DNA of 64,000 nt, taken from positions 3,485,365-3,549,364 of the forward strand of contig MU063898.1 in assembly GCA_013265495.1 (NCBI GenBank), read 5' to 3'. Below are positions 40,600 to 53,986 of the stretch, in pieces. Position numbers and translations under genes: made by a program. The stretch is from Vicugna vicugna (Eukaryota). The notes under the pieces were generated by a model. The model was not told the origin of the DNA. It did not search any database and was given only the letters and a program-made list of their open reading frames with translations. Each line of letters begins with the position of its first letter. The first letter of the stretch is position 1.

Positions 40600-41250
40600 T
40601 TTAAGATTTGCCGCCTGCCCAAGCGATTGATACCGCTATGAAATTACAGACCCTCACGGAGTCTCTCGTCACTTTGGCCTTGGCGGAGTTCATCAACAGA
40701 GCCTCCCGGCCGCCGCTGCTGGGACCGAGAAGGGCGCGGGGTGGGGATGGAGGGGCTGAGCGTGTAGCCGAGGAAGTGCCCTGACACACAGCGAGCCGAT
40801 CGGAAGTGACAGCAGCCGGTCCTCCCATCCCTGTCGGGGACCAGCCCGCCCTGCGCGGAGGGACTGGACCTCCAGCCAGCAAGGGGCGCGGCGCGCGTAC
40901 GCTGGAGGGGCGGCCGCGGGGCAGTTCTCTCCCGAAAGCCGCGGGCTGATGCAGGCTGCGCCGGACGGAGGGCGCGCTGCAAAGACGAGACGCAGCCTCC
41001 CCACCGGGAGCGCAGCCTGCCTCGCGGTTAGGAGAGGAGATTGCGGGGTCTGGAGCAGCCAGAACCAGGTAAGCCGACGTCCTTTCGGTATTCTCCTTTA
41101 ACCAAGCTGATTTCCCTCGGGGCTGCCGCAAAGTACCCGACCGGAGCATCGTCGGCTCCCAGCCAGCCAGCCAGCCAGCCAGCGCGCTCCTCTTCCGCCA
41201 CCCTCTCCGCCTCGTGCGCGGGTCCAAGCCTCGGCTCCCTGGTGACTCCT
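40600..41250 (+). promoter_or_regulatory. CpG island / likely proximal promoter and first exon of the LINC00632-like host lncRNA
   Basis: Dense CpG and high GC. ETS motifs (CGGAAGTG 40801-40808; ACCGGAAGTA 40231-40240 upstream). Strong donor CAG|GTAAGC at 41068/41069 on the same strand as the circle exon, 14.7 kb downstream. Confidence 0.7.
41159..41183. repeat. (CCAG)n tetranucleotide repeat in the CpG island
   Basis: CCAGCCAGCCAGCCAGCCAGCCAG visible. Confidence 0.9.
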
Positions 41251-43467
41251 CCGGGATGCCTTTTATCCCTTCTCTAGCTGCACAGTCACGTCCATCACCG
41301 GGGGATTTGAGTGAGGCAGAGAATGTAAGGGGGCATCAAGACACTCAGTACAGAAGATAAAAATTTGAATGCGATACCTTTAAAATGCAAAGTTAATGCG
41401 AACAATTCTAAGATGAACAAAATACGTAACTGTTTAATAGACATGCTGTGACCCTGATTTGGCAGGACTTGGCCCTGCTCGTTTCACCCTAACCCCTGGT
41501 CTTGCAAATTAGCTCTGAAGTGATTCCCTCCTCTCTCGAGGTCCCGAGCCCTGGACCTCTGTGGTACTTAATTTATTTGCTCTTCCGTTGCCATGAGTTG
41601 GGTTTTCCTTGTGTATGTGGGGCTCCCTGGCTGTGAGGAAGGCAGGAGGGATTGCTGCCTTCACCACCTTGTACTTGGAGGAGCGCAGCCCCTGTCTTTG
41701 CTCACGGAGGCAGCAGGGACAGTGTGGAGCTTGGAGGAGACCCAAGGTGAGAGCTTACACAACTGTCCCAGGTTGCAAAGCGCTGCCTTGGAACCACCGG
41801 GAAAAAAAGACACAGAAGTAAGGCACATAAAAGCGGTGGTCCCTTAATTAGGGCTTAGGAGCCCATTCAAAACTGGGTTGAATAAAAATATCTTAAAGGA
41901 ACCGCAAGTAGCAGGGAAGGGCTTTTGAATTATTTTGCAGAAAGAGGGATGCCCCTGAACTTGGGGACGCCTTGTTCCTCTCTAACCTGCCAGAAGCATT
42001 TCCTCGTATTGCAATTCAGTCTGAAATTGCAATGATAAAAGCACCTTTAATGAAGATTACACTCCGTAATTTACAGTGAGTCTCCCCTTTCTTACCTCAT
42101 TTAACTCTCCCAGCAGGTGGCCAGACTCTATGCTAGGCACTGGCTAAAAGCACCTTTCAATTGTCATTATCCCCTGGAACCGTTTTATGCTGATCTTGTA
42201 TTGTTCGCCGTCCTTAACGTTAAGAGAGGGGACAAATGGCACATCTAGCCCAGGCTTGGGAGGTGGCCTGGTTATGCTTCCAGGTTGGGATGTGGCCAGT
42301 CACTAGGTCCACGATTGCTAGATTCCTTAAAGAGTTCCCTAACTAAATGCTTTCTTTTGTCTTACAAAGGCCAGTGAAAATGACGTATAGAGGAAGAGTA
42401 AATCGAGGAAATCTGGAAATTACTGTTCACATTTATGTGCCTTTTCTTAAAACAAAAACTTTGGAAGATTTGGGTGTGGCTTGTTTTCCAAAAGACCAGA
42501 AAAAAAGAGGAATTCGTTGGAGCACTTGCCCGGTTCCTGGCCTGCTAAGACGAGTTTGCTTACCTTGAGGAGTTATTAAGTCAACGTTTTGCTTAACAGG
42601 AAAGGGGAAGAAATAGGGGACGTGCGGACGACGGAGGCTTTGTCAGGCAGAGAGCATCTGCAGACACCTGGGCTGTTGGGTTCCTTCGCCGCTGGTTTAG
42701 CTGTTCCACTTTATAGCCAGCAGAGGGCACTGTTGCTACACAGAAGCCATTTTGATTTGGTGGGGGAAGAATTTTCAGAGCTATAAAAATATTTGGATCC
42801 AGTAAGAAATATACACGATTTTCCATGAAAGTTTAATGGAGAAAATAGATTATTATTAAGAACTTATGGCTGTCTATTTGATTAATGACCCATCGAACCA
42901 GGAAAGGAAAGTGAAGATGTTTTATAACTGTCCTCGTTATCAAGGATTAAAATAACGAGAACAAAATAGCTATGTGATAATGAATATCAGCATGATCTCC
43001 CTAAATTATTTAGGACACACATAGGAGGGACTTTTTCTCCCAAGAATGTGAGTGCTGAGACCTAGTGACAAGGAAGAATAGGTCTGATTTATCCTAAACA
43101 CTTAGTTTTTGTATTCATTGCAAAACATAAACCCTTTCATTATATCAGGACAGTTAAACGTAACTGCGTCTCACCAAAGAAATCCGGCATCTGAGGTCGT
43201 CCACGATTTGTCTCAAACAGACTTTTCCAATTTTGTTTTTGACTATCCACTTCAGCCACCCTGTGTTTCAGCCTCATCTAATCCCCCTATTTCCCTAACA
43301 ATTCCTACCTCTGCCTTTGCCCCCCTCACCTCCCACTCACTTGCTCCTTCTCCACACACTGGAAATCCTACCCATCCTTCAAGGTCCAGTTCCAACGCTG
43401 ACCTTTTTGTAAGTGTTGCGTGCAGCTCTTACTCTCTCTACTGTAAGCATTTATGCAATAGTATTTG

Positions 43468-43762
43468 GACATAGAAAACAAACTTCTGGTTACCAAAGGG
43501 GAAAGGGGTGGGGGGGATAAATTAGGAGTTTGAGATCGGTAGATACAATGTATGTATGTGTACATACACACACTATATATAAAATAGATAAACAACAAGG
43601 TCCTACTGTATAGCACAGGAAACTATATTCAATATCTTGTAATGGCCTATAATGGAAAAGAATATGAAAAGGAATATATATACGCATATATAACTGAATC
43701 ACTATTCTGTACACCAGAAATTAACATATTGTAGATCAAGTATATACTTCAATAAAAAGAAA
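43468..43762 (+). mobile_element. L1 3'-UTR fragment nested in an older L2-like element
   Basis: GACATAGAAAACAAACTT...GGATAAATTAGGAGTTTGAG...GGTCCTACTGTATAGCACAGG...CTTCAATAAAAAG. Confidence 0.85.
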
Positions 43763-44171
43763 TGAGGACCTCTTCTGTTCCAGATACTGTTAGGGCACTC
43801 ATAAATGATGAAAACACAGGAAAACAGAGGGCACTATGGTGAAATGTCATAAATGTTGTAATCAGAGTAAGCACAGGAGAGAGGCACTGAGAGCTTGAAA
43901 CAGTGCTTCAGAGCCAGCCAGTGAATGCTTCCAAGACAGCCAGAGGAAGCTGGGAAAGCTTCCTGGAAGAGGTGGTACTTGAACTAGTGTTGAAGGTTAA
44001 GGAAATCTGGTTGATTGAAATAGCCCCTTAGCTGGCTGACTTACAGATTACAGAGGAGGAAGGGAAAAGGTAGTGAAAGCTAAGGCTGCGAAAGTAGGCA
44101 GGTGCCATTGTACAAAGGGAGTTGGACTCTTAAGCCATGGGGACTTCTTATTAATCATGTGAGTGATTTAA

Positions 44172-44266
44172 AGGGGAGGGGGGGTGGATGTAATTCAGTG
44201 GTAGAGAGCATGCTTAGCATGAGGTCCTGGGTTCCATCTCCAGTACCTCCATTAAAATAAAAAAGA
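44172..44266 (+). mobile_element. Vic-1-type camelid tRNA-derived SINE
   Basis: GGGGAGGG..GTAATTCAGTGGTAGAGAGCATGCTTAGCATGAGGTCCTGGGTTCCATCTCCAGTACCTCC followed by an A-rich tail. Confidence 0.85.
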
Positions 44267-45927
44267 TGAAGCTGAGGACTGAGGAATTTTTTCCACTCTT
44301 CAGATGAGGAATGAGAAGAGCCAAAGCACAGTAGATAAAGTAGGAATTAGACAGAAAGGGGATTGGGCCCGCGTAGCACTTTGTTTGCAACGCTTACGGG
44401 ATGTGTGGGCTTCTACCTTACATTGTGTTCCATTTATCCTCCCTAGGAGACTAAGTTCCCTGAGATCAAGGCTTTTTAATTCATTTCTTCTTCTGCTGCT
44501 GCTTTTTAAAAAAAATTTTGAAGTAATTACTCTACATTTTGCTGACTTCTGTTCTGCTACCAATCTATGCTCCTTACTTTTATTAACTGAGTGTCAGTAC
44601 CAAGTTCTAAGACCTCTGATCTTCCGATAATGGCTTCACTAGTGATTAATAAATAGTCACTCAAGTTTTGGCACAAAGGGAGAAATCTGAATATGAGTTG
44701 GCTGTTGGATGAAATATGAGGTGACTATTGTTGACTCTACTAGGTATAATAGTGGAACTACTCTATTTCTCTATAGGTTTGAAAATTCTCATAATAAAAG
44801 TGTGTGTGCACATACACATGTGTGTAGGAAGTAATCTCATGTTTCACGGCTACATTTTAGGCACTGTCACATATACATCGGTGGCTTTTCAGGTTAAATA
44901 CAAGATGGAGAGTGACAATTAAAGAACTACTGACCACTGAAGGGAAATCACTTTAAGTTAAATCTTTTCCTTGATTTAAGGCAATAGATTAAAAACTAAG
45001 GCATTATGAAGCCTGAATCCTAATATCACTTGAAGGTAAGAGACTCAATTTCCAAGTCTTTTTCTCCACCTAATTTGAACAGAAGATGTATAGCCATTTT
45101 GCTGGAAGCTTGATTATTTGAACCTAGGGATGGTTTAACTTCATAATACTAATAAAAACTGTTTTCTATACCATACAAGAGATGGAGGTTTATGAAAGGA
45201 AATAAGGAGTAAATAAGAGCATAAAAACTGATAACCCCAGGTAAGGAGAATGACATTACTATATGTTTAACTAAATTACTGGGTAAAACCATTCAACCAA
45301 CCTTCCAAGAATAGACTGTACTTCCACCCGTAACATTCCCTCTGGGTGAACGTTTCATCCTGGGTTCTCTGACCTTGCTAAGGATATGTCAGTTTTGCAA
45401 GATGCCAGAGCCAAGTTAACATGAAGAATAAAGCCTTGAAAATAAACTTCGTGTGTCAACTTTCAGTTCTGCGAGCTGTACAGAGACTTGATGCTGTTAG
45501 GATGCTACCAAATAATGGAATCACCAGTGGCAGCTCTTTTCAAAGTATTTTTCCAAAGGATGTTTAGCTAGAGTGTGGCACCATGCTTCTAGTCCTTGAG
45601 TCCAAGAATGCCTGGCTGCCTCTGGGAGGAGGAGTAAGAGCTGGTTGCGCTCTGTAGTCAGGAGCTGGGGCTCACACTGCTTACGTGCCCAAAGGGCAGG
45701 AGGGTCTCAAGATGTATTTTTCTGTCAGCATTTTAACCAAGAACAAAGAATTTTTTTAAAAATTTCACACCCTGTAAGGATTTGTATGAAGTGAGTTCAT
45801 TGCAGCTTCTGTTAATGAAAGGACATTTGGTGTTAAGGAGTTTGCTTTTATCAGAGCTGTGCAGAGCTAGTCTCTTTCCCCTTTAAAAATCTTAAAACAG
45901 AGCTGTAATGGTAAACAATCTGAATAC

Positions 45928-45967
45928 ATATATATATATATACATATATATATATGTATATATATAT
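45928..45967. repeat. (TA)n microsatellite within an L1 3' tail fragment
   Basis: Directly visible. Confidence 0.9.
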
Positions 45968-47589
45968 TTCTATGTATGATTGAATTGCTTTGCTGTATAC
46001 CTGAAACTAACATTGTAAATCAACTACACTTCGATAAAAAAGGAATTAAAAAAAATCTTAAAACACACACACTCAAGTGGTGAGCTCAAAAAGTACAGAC
46101 TCTCAGAATCACTTACCATTTTACAGGACAATACCCATATATGGTAACCAATGAGGAGGTTTCCACAAGAAATCTTTTTTTCCCCAAAATGTATAAACTA
46201 CCCACAACGCATTTACTCATAGGTTAAACAAAGATGTCATTCAACTGATTTTGAGACCGAAGGGCAATAACAGATCAAACATGGCAGTCGTTCATTCCTC
46301 CTCCTCGATCAGCTTATGCTGACAAAAAGCGTCTCATGTACAAGGCCCTGTGCTAGGAGGAATAAAGAAATGAATTAAATGCTGCGAATGCCTCAAGGTT
46401 AAGAAACCGGTCATAGCCACGATTAAGCTTTCCCAAACAATGCAACCACTTAAGCTATAGCCAGTCACATAATTGGTGATTGTTTTGCTTTGTTGAGTAG
46501 CCCGTTTATTGAGTATTCCATCTTTTCCTCAATAGCTTAAAATAATACCACAGAAGTATGAATATAATGAAACAAAATATGTGAAAAAATAAAAATGTAT
46601 TTTTATATGGATTTTTTTTTAATCATCTTGGGGAAGGGGAGGTTTTTCAAAGCAAGGCATGAACATTTGACTACAGAGATATTTGGAACATCTTTATGGA
46701 AAAAAGACTAAATAAAATTAAAAAGTAAATAACAGGCCTAGGGAAAATGTTTTGTGAGATAGAATTAAGAATGAGTTCCCTAATATGCTACTTGGGCCTC
46801 CAAATCAGTAAGAAAGAAGTTAAAAAGTGGGCAAAGGCTATGAACAATTTAAAGGTGAAAAAGTAGAAAAGGCTTACTTGTATGGAAAGATGATCAAAGG
46901 AATGGAAATTCAAACAAAAGTGAGATGGCTTGTTATTCCCCTTCTGCTTGGCACAAACTGCAAAGGTTGATGATACTTCATCTGGTGAACATGTGGGGGA
47001 AAAGGATTCTCATCCAGTCTTAGTGAGCATGCAGATTGCAAGAGCCTTCGTCAGCACGATCCGGGATGTATTGTTACTGTCCGTCCGCATTTCTGTTCTC
47101 CTCACTAGCTGATAAGCTGCTTGTGCAGACGGCTCTGTTCTGACTTCACCTCCTGTTTTTCTCTATTTCTCCCTAGATGGTGATGCTTCTCATCTCAGCC
47201 TGGTAGCCTGACCTTAACTCCCGAGTTCTGTGGTCCTGTCACAACTGCAAGTCACTCCCACACAAAATTTGAGTTTACTTAGTCTGCCCCTTTGAGAGTT
47301 TTGGAACAAAATGCAAATTCGAGTCACCATCCTGTTGTCTTGCTGACTGTCTCATGGGACAAGACCAGCATCCGGGTTGCTCGCGTCTACCCTGGCTCTT
47401 CTGCCTACTGTCCCTCTGCAGCCGGCAGGCCTGCACACGTGTCGTCACACAAAAGCTGTTTTGCCCTTTTTATTTGTCTCGCGAATGTTGTCATTTGCTT
47501 GTCATATATTAGAAATTAGTGTTGTGTATTGCTCAGTGATATAAAACCCTCAGTAACTGTAAATTTGTGTAAGTTTGGGTAAGAATGGC

Positions 47590-49200
47590 ATCCAGGTAAA
47601 AACCTGAGAAGGTAGATGGTAGAAATGCAAGAGTGAGGCAGATAAGGAAAGCTGGTATCTATAGCAAACAAGATGGGAGTTCTTGAAATGCTTGTTTACG
47701 GTGAAACCAAGACCTCTGTAGGGTGTTTTTTTTTTGGTGTTACTGAATCAATAAAGAAAAACGAGAAAGCTGTTAGGGCCAGTGCATCAGGGGCACACTG
47801 TAGTCATTGAGAAAAGCGTACATACCTCGAAATGCTAAAATAGAGAGAATGAAAAGAGATTTGCACTTGTGGCTTCCAAAACAGAGAAGGCCTCTTTCCA
47901 TGTGTATAATCCACCGGCAAGTACCACAAAAATGCAACTTTAAATTTTGATCTGGATAGAAAATTACGACATTTATTGTGAGTAATGGGTGGTTGGATAG
48001 GTTTAAGAAATGCTATGGTCTGTGTGAAAAGAAGTGGCCAGCAGAGGAAGCAGATCCTTCCTGAAGATCTGAAGAAACTGACTGAGAAAAATGGCTATTT
48101 GCCTGAATGAATCTTCAACGCTGATGAAACAGGCCTATTCTAGAAGCTCACGCCTTCTTGCACATCTATTACAAAGGATGTGAAAAAGACCAGAGGCTTC
48201 ACACCTGAAAAAGACAAGCTCAGAGTTCCACTCTGTCCCAGTGCTTCTGGTGACTTTTTCTGATGAAACCCATGTTGCTTCACAGATTCTGAAATTCCTG
48301 CTCTCTTAAAAGAAAATGCCAGAAACACTTTCCTGTGTACATAAAGGGAGACCATACAGCATGGATCACTGAGAAACTCCTTTTTGACTGGTTTTTGCAG
48401 TATTTTATTCCTGAGGTTAAATAATATTTACACCAAAAACATCTTGAATTTAAAGTGTTGCTGATTATAGACAGTGTTCCCACTGACAGAAGTGTGGTAG
48501 TAAATCCTGATCCTTGTGTTAAAGTCACCTTCATTCCCCCAGTACAACTCCACTCCTTCCAACGATGCATCTGGCAGTATATCTGACTGCCTTGCAGATC
48601 TTGTGAGAGAGACAGCAGAACTTACTGTGAAAGTAGCCTGGCAACGTTTCTCCACTTGCAATGCTGTAATGATAGAATCACTGAGAGAAATAAAACAATC
48701 AGCCCTGAATGGAGCCTGGCAGAAACTTCGGAATGAGCTTGTAACTGATTCTGAAAGTTTCCTTTCAGTGCCAGAAGAAGTGGAAAATGTAGCATCTGCA
48801 AAACATTTGGGTGGTGAAGGATTTGAAGACAGTGAATTAGGTGACACCGCTGAACTGTGAGATTCTGACCCTCAGATGATAGTAGAGAAATATTTCAGTG
48901 ATGTGATCACATTAAAAGTTGATGAAGAGAGGTCAGCATCGGTTAACTTCCAGAACTCGAAGAATGTTGAAGCACCCACTCTGCAAATCAGATTGCTGTG
49001 ATGATTTAGAGGAAGGGGATCTTTGGTGGAATATTCATCGACCTTCAGGCAAGGCTTAAATCATTACCCACAACCCTATAAAGCAGTAATAAGAAACCTT
49101 CAAACAAAGGCCAATAAGTCTCTTCTCTCTGCTTGCTTCTACAGGGAGAAGAGGCTGAACCATCCTGCAAACAGCAGCAGGAACCCAGATAGTTGAGCCT
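47590..49200 (+). mobile_element. Ancient Tigger/pogo-family DNA transposon, decayed DDE transposase
   Basis: Broken + strand frames give GWLDRFKK, IFNADETGLF* (48111-48143), AWITEKLLFDWF (48359-48394) and KVLLIIDSVP (48452-48481), which are CENP-B/pogo transposase motifs. Multiple stops and frameshifts. Confidence 0.85.
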
Positions 49201-50224
49201 TGGGGTTCAGACTCTGACAGCTCAGATGATGTGATGGAGCCAAAGGATGAGAGTGGAGCAAGAGACTGAGCTTTCTCAAATGCAGACGAGATCCTGTTTT
49301 CTCCATCCTTTCCCTGTCACTACTGTGATGATCAGCGTTCTCATTGATGCATGAGATTTCTCACCTTGAGATGAGAGAGAAATAGAAATTAATTGCCCAA
49401 TAATCACTATTACTAATGTAAAATTTGTAAAATACCATCAAGGTTCACTTTACTTAGTGTTTCATTTCAGTGAACAAACCAATTGTCTGGGCTTTCATAA
49501 CACTCCCTTCTCTGCCCCAGTTTCCCCCCAAAGCTCATAAATTCCTCCTACACAAATTCCCCTACAATGAGGATTTCAGGAACTCTCAACTCTAGTACTT
49601 AGGGAGAGGAGTACTCTACTTGATTGGAAAATTTGATTTTGTACTTTGATCTGGAAATTTATTTTAATTCTATTTAAGCCTAACGTGCTATCGCAACAGA
49701 AAGAATCCAGATCCTCTCCTTTTAATTAGTTTGGTATAATTTAATTTGTTTCACGACAATTGTATAAGGTCCTGAAAGGCTTGGTTGGTTCTGGAAGGCA
49801 GTACATTTGTAATGGCTTCCTGAATTTACCCTGCTACCTAATCAAGGAGTAGAAGCTGCTAGGGTTCATTTCCGTGGATTGTCTCTGTTCTCGTATCTGG
49901 TTGTCCCAGTGAATTGAATGGTTGAATAGCCTCCAGAAAAGGAATGTTGAAACTTCCTCCTCCCTAAGGATGGTGGAAAGCCAGTAATTTTCCCCTTAGC
50001 CTGGAGGTCTGAATGATAGGCTACCTGTATCTGAGTTTGAAGTGATCAGAGAAAAGAAAAGAATTACAAAAGTTAAAAGGTCTTGCTTGCATAGTTACAG
50101 ATGAGTGGGCAGACGTTCCTCAACAAGTTCAAAAGAGGCAGATGAAAGTTGAAAACCCATTCCAGGGTGAGGTGGATGTAGTGACTCGTCCCAGGGCCAG
50201 AAAAGCTTACACTTTTCATGAAGC

Positions 50225-50400
50225 CGTGGTGGTTTTCAACACTGCACATCAAAATCATTATGGGGAGCTTCGAAAAATACGGATTTCTGGAACCTGCCCC
50301 TAGAAATGCTGAATCAGGGCTGGGGCCAGCAGCTATATATTTTGAAAGCTCCTCAAGTGATTTTTTTTATGCAGCCATGGTTGCAGACCACTGCTCTGAG
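50225..50400. mobile_element. MER5A/B hAT MITE
   Basis: CATCAAAATCA..GGGGAGCTT..CTGAATCAG..GCTCCTCAAGTGATT..ATGCAGCC..GACCACTGCTCT. Confidence 0.75.
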
Positions 50401-50444
50401 TCTGAACATAATTATAACAGAAAATATAATACAAATGATATGGG

Positions 50445-50590
50445 CTCAGGGGCGAGGAAACCTTGATTCCAAGTTTCTGCTCTGCCACTACTAGCTCAGT
50501 GATGGGCTTAGTTAAATCACACTACTCTTTCTGTATCTGTCAAATGAGCAAATAGGACCACTTGGTCTCTAACGTCCTTCTATCTCTGAC
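50445..50590 (+). mobile_element. MIR SINE (second sense-oriented MIR upstream of the circle)
   Basis: CTCTGCCACTACTAGCTCAGTGATGGGCTTAGTTAAATCAC..TCTGTCAAATGAG. Confidence 0.6.
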
Positions 50591-52262
50591 ATTGTGACCT
50601 TGAGAGAAAGGTGCATTGACCTCATTGGTTGATTTTGAGAGTACCTAAGCCTTTTTATAAGAGACCAAGGTAAGTAGTAATATTAAACTGTATTGTGTTC
50701 TTCTTATTTTAAAAATCGTTCTTGTGGGTCAAACTTTACCATGTTTTAGTCCCTCCCAGAAAAGAGAGGTGGATATAGATGGCATAGAAAAAAGGGAAAT
50801 AAGTTTAACATCAACGTCCTGAAAGGAAAGATAGGGTACCTCCTGTGAATTTCTTTCTATATGATAATTGCTCTTTTTCTTCTGACTTATAAGGTTTGGG
50901 GAAAATAATAATGCATAGATATTGTGAATAAAACACTTTAACATTTTGTATCTATTGTTTCCATAAACCAAAGCAGAGAACTTTGTGTTACTGTTTCAAG
51001 TTTCCATGGATAATTGGCATGCTCTTAATCATACCTAGAGGTACATATTTTTAAGTCAGTTATTGTTTTACCAGCATAATCAGTAGTTCTATATGCCTTT
51101 AAAGAATGTGGTTTCCTAATAATTTTACTATTTACTGAGATTACTCCCTTGGTAATTTTTGGTCTTAATTTGACCAGATTAGCGAAATCAAATTTTAAAT
51201 TGAATATCATCAACCAGGAACTGTTCATATAAAATAGTACAATGGGAAATTGACTATTATAGGATTCTGGTTGTGGTAGGAATGTCCAGACTTTGGCTTG
51301 ATATATGGAAACATGTGTCTAGGTCCCAGGCCATTTGAAATAAAATATTGGGATACATCTAATTCTTGTGTAAGGAAATACCCAGTTAAACTAATCTAAA
51401 AAGTATCGTTGATGAGGGTAAAGATGGAATATTTTAATACGGTTGAGTTTAACAAGTCAGTGGAACTGACAAGAGGATGTGAAAGTTGGTATAGATTAAG
51501 TGGTAGAAATAGAAGTTAATGACAATAACACCATGTACATGGGTATTACTTTTTTCTTTTTAATGTTAAGGATAGTCCCTCAAATTGAAAGGCCGAAATT
51601 TCTTTTAGTATATTTTATGCCCAGTGTGAGTGGAAAGACTCTTTCTGTTGTCAAATGGTTCAGGGAAATGCTTGTGTTCCATATCATGAAGTGCATGGAA
51701 ATTTCCTTTTCTATAGACATATTTAACAACTGGAGCAAAGGGGAAAAAAAGCAAAAGGAGCTGGAGAGAAAGGACAGCCCAGGTTGCTGAAATTTGTAGA
51801 AAATATTAGAAAACTGGCATTACATTTAAAAAGAGCCTTTTGTTTGCCTAAAATCTTTTAAGATCAAAATGCAAAGAAGGCTCTTTAAACTCCACATTTG
51901 GATTATGTAGCTGCCGGCACCTGAATGCTAATAAGGTTCTACAGCGTATATAGTCTAAAGAGTGTGTGCACTGTGTTTGTGCTGTGAAATGCATTGACTA
52001 CTGAACTTTACATAGTTTTATTACCTTTTAATGGCCTTTGATATCAGTGTGTTATGGTTATTTTTCTAAGAATTCAGAAATAAGTATTATGTGCTATGAC
52101 CAGAGTGTGTATGTTCTTGGAAACCATAAAATCAAAGAGAAAACAGATGAAAGGCTAAAGAGTACATTTCATTGCATGAATAGCAAATATTGAGCAATTA
52201 AATATGAATATCATGTGCTTGAGATGTTATACTTCCTATATAAAGCCAAAGGTATGATTAAC

Positions 52263-52439
52263 CCATCATTGCAGACACCTAGAGTTGGCTCTTGATTACT
52301 TGGCAGTGGGGTGATGAGTGCCCTAAGGACAAGAACATGGGACTTAGAGGGAGGGCTTTGCCACTGGCTTCTTGTCTGCCCTGGGCTGGGGACTCTGTCT
52401 CTTTGGATGAGTGGTACTCAGTCCTGGTGGGATAACCCT
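52263..52439 (+). repeat. Direct duplication, copy 1 (about 177 bp; copy 2 at 53801-53975)
   Basis: About the first 80 bp are identical to 53801 onward (CCATCATTGCAGACACCTAGAGTTGG...); the remainder has scattered substitutions. Confidence 0.95.
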
Positions 52440-52499
52440 TGGGCTCTTGGGGTGTGAGAAGTCAGCAGGGAGCCTTGGCTTTGGAATGAGACAGACCTG

Positions 52500-52705
52500 C
52501 CTGCTTTCAATTCTGTCCCTGCGGATTGCCAGCTGTGTAAGTGTGGCCATGAGTTTTTTAACCATTTCAAACTTAGGTTTCCAATCTGTAAAACGGGGTC
52601 GAAAATGCTTGCATTGTAAGATTGCCATGAGATTGTATGAAGCATTTAGTACAGTGCCTGGCACATAGTAAGCGCGCAATAAATTGTTGCTATTATTATT
52701 ATTAC
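52500..52705 (+). mobile_element. MIR SINE (sense), upstream arm of the inverted pair flanking CDR1as
   Basis: MIR core ATCTGTAAAACGGGG ... ACAGTGCCTGGCACATAGTAAGCGCGCAATAAA with an ATT tail. Confidence 0.85.
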
Positions 52706-53800
52706 AACATGAGTAAGCATTATCGAACTAGACTATGCTCGTTTACTCCTGTCTTTACAAAATTTTAGTATTTTGATATTTTATCAAATTTTTCTCAAAA
52801 CCAGTTATGCATGATGGTTTTAAGAAGAGAGAAGAAATAAAAATTGATGTTAAATATTTTTCTTTGTTGGCTTGTGAGAGAGACCTGAAATAATAATTCC
52901 TTCGTCCCTGTAACACCTTGACCGTCAGTGAATCTGTATGCTATATTTATTATGTGGTTATCATTGCATGACATTTATTTATATAGAGAATAGAGGTAAT
53001 GACTCTTTTCACATGGATGTGTTCCTATTCTTTAGAAAATAATCCATCCACTTGGTTCCATTTTTAAGATAATTAAGCCATTCTGTGTTAATAGGAGTCA
53101 AAGATAAAGCTTTGCTTAAACCACAGAAGTTCTTAATGCAGCTGCCTTTGGGAGAAATTGGATGTCTAAGTAATCTTTCTAGGTGAGGACAAGACAGTTC
53201 TTCATAACTAGCTTCTGAACTTCTTTGTGTTTCATGTGGTGGCATTCAAGAAGTTTGAAATAGCGGTATTCAGAACGCTGAGTATTCATCATAACTGTAA
53301 CGCCACGCCTGCCGAGCAGCAGAGCTGCACTGCCTTAACTCAACTGTAGTGACCTCATAACTCACATCCCAACCCTTAAAGTGTTTGAACTTGGAGTCTT
53401 CGGTGCTCTAGTGTATATGCTTAGTAGTCTTTGGCATTCAGCACCTTGCTGCTTGACTAACTTTCCTTGTGCACAATTCTGATTCTGGTACTTTCTTGTT
53501 CAAAAATCATCAGTGGCTGCCCATTGTCTGTATATTCCACTCCTTAATCTTTAAATCTAGGCCCAATCCCAGTGTATGTTAGCCAGTTTTGTCTTCCAGT
53601 GTTCACTTTCATGCAATATATGTGATAGTACTTGTCTCCATCGGCCTTAAGTACTAAAGATCTTCAGCCTATAGTTCAATCTTCATCTCTTAAGCTTGTC
53701 ATTTAGTTTCTGGTGGATAAGATCAGAAATCAGACTTAGCACCTGAAGCCAGAGTGCCTGAGATGAGCCTATCACGCTGTAATCTCCTTCCTGTTCTCCT

Positions 53801-53975
53801 CCATCATTGCAGACACCTAGAGTTGGCTCTTGATTACTTGGCAGTGGGGTGATGAGTGCCCTAAGGACAAGAACATGGGACTTGGAGGGAGGGCTTTGCC
53901 ACTGACTTCTTGTCTGTCCTGGGCTGGGGACTCTCTCTCTGCGTGAGTGGTGCTTAGTCTTGGCAGGATAACCCT
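53801..53975 (+). repeat. Direct duplication, copy 2
   Basis: Matches 52263-52439. Confidence 0.95.
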
Positions 53976-53986
53976 AGTCTGTAGAG
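53813..53986 (+). ncRNA. Candidate 174-nt internal exon of the host lncRNA
   Basis: Polypyrimidine tract and acceptor CTCCTTCCTGTTCTCCTCCATCATTGCAG| (ends 53812). Donor GAG|GTGAGT (53987-53992). Confidence 0.5.

Noticed and set aside
40601-41277. 208-aa, 112-aa and 103-aa ORFs over the CpG island
   Set aside because: Typical GC-rich stop-poor ORFs with no homology that I recognise.
44172-44250. tRNA-like sequences here and at 59930-60009
   Set aside because: They are SINE heads with an A-rich tail and lack an intact cloverleaf, so they are not tRNA genes.
50729-51228. Minus-strand peptides faintly like a Penelope/RT C-terminal motif (YHIE...PYLSFQDV)
   Set aside because: No YxDD core or YRKPT motif was found, so the similarity is too weak to call without an HMM search.
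53850-53910. Box C (GTGATGA) ... CTGA suggesting a C/D snoRNA in the duplicated segment
   Set aside because: Box spacing is short, no terminal stem is evident, and the CTGA is absent from copy 1.
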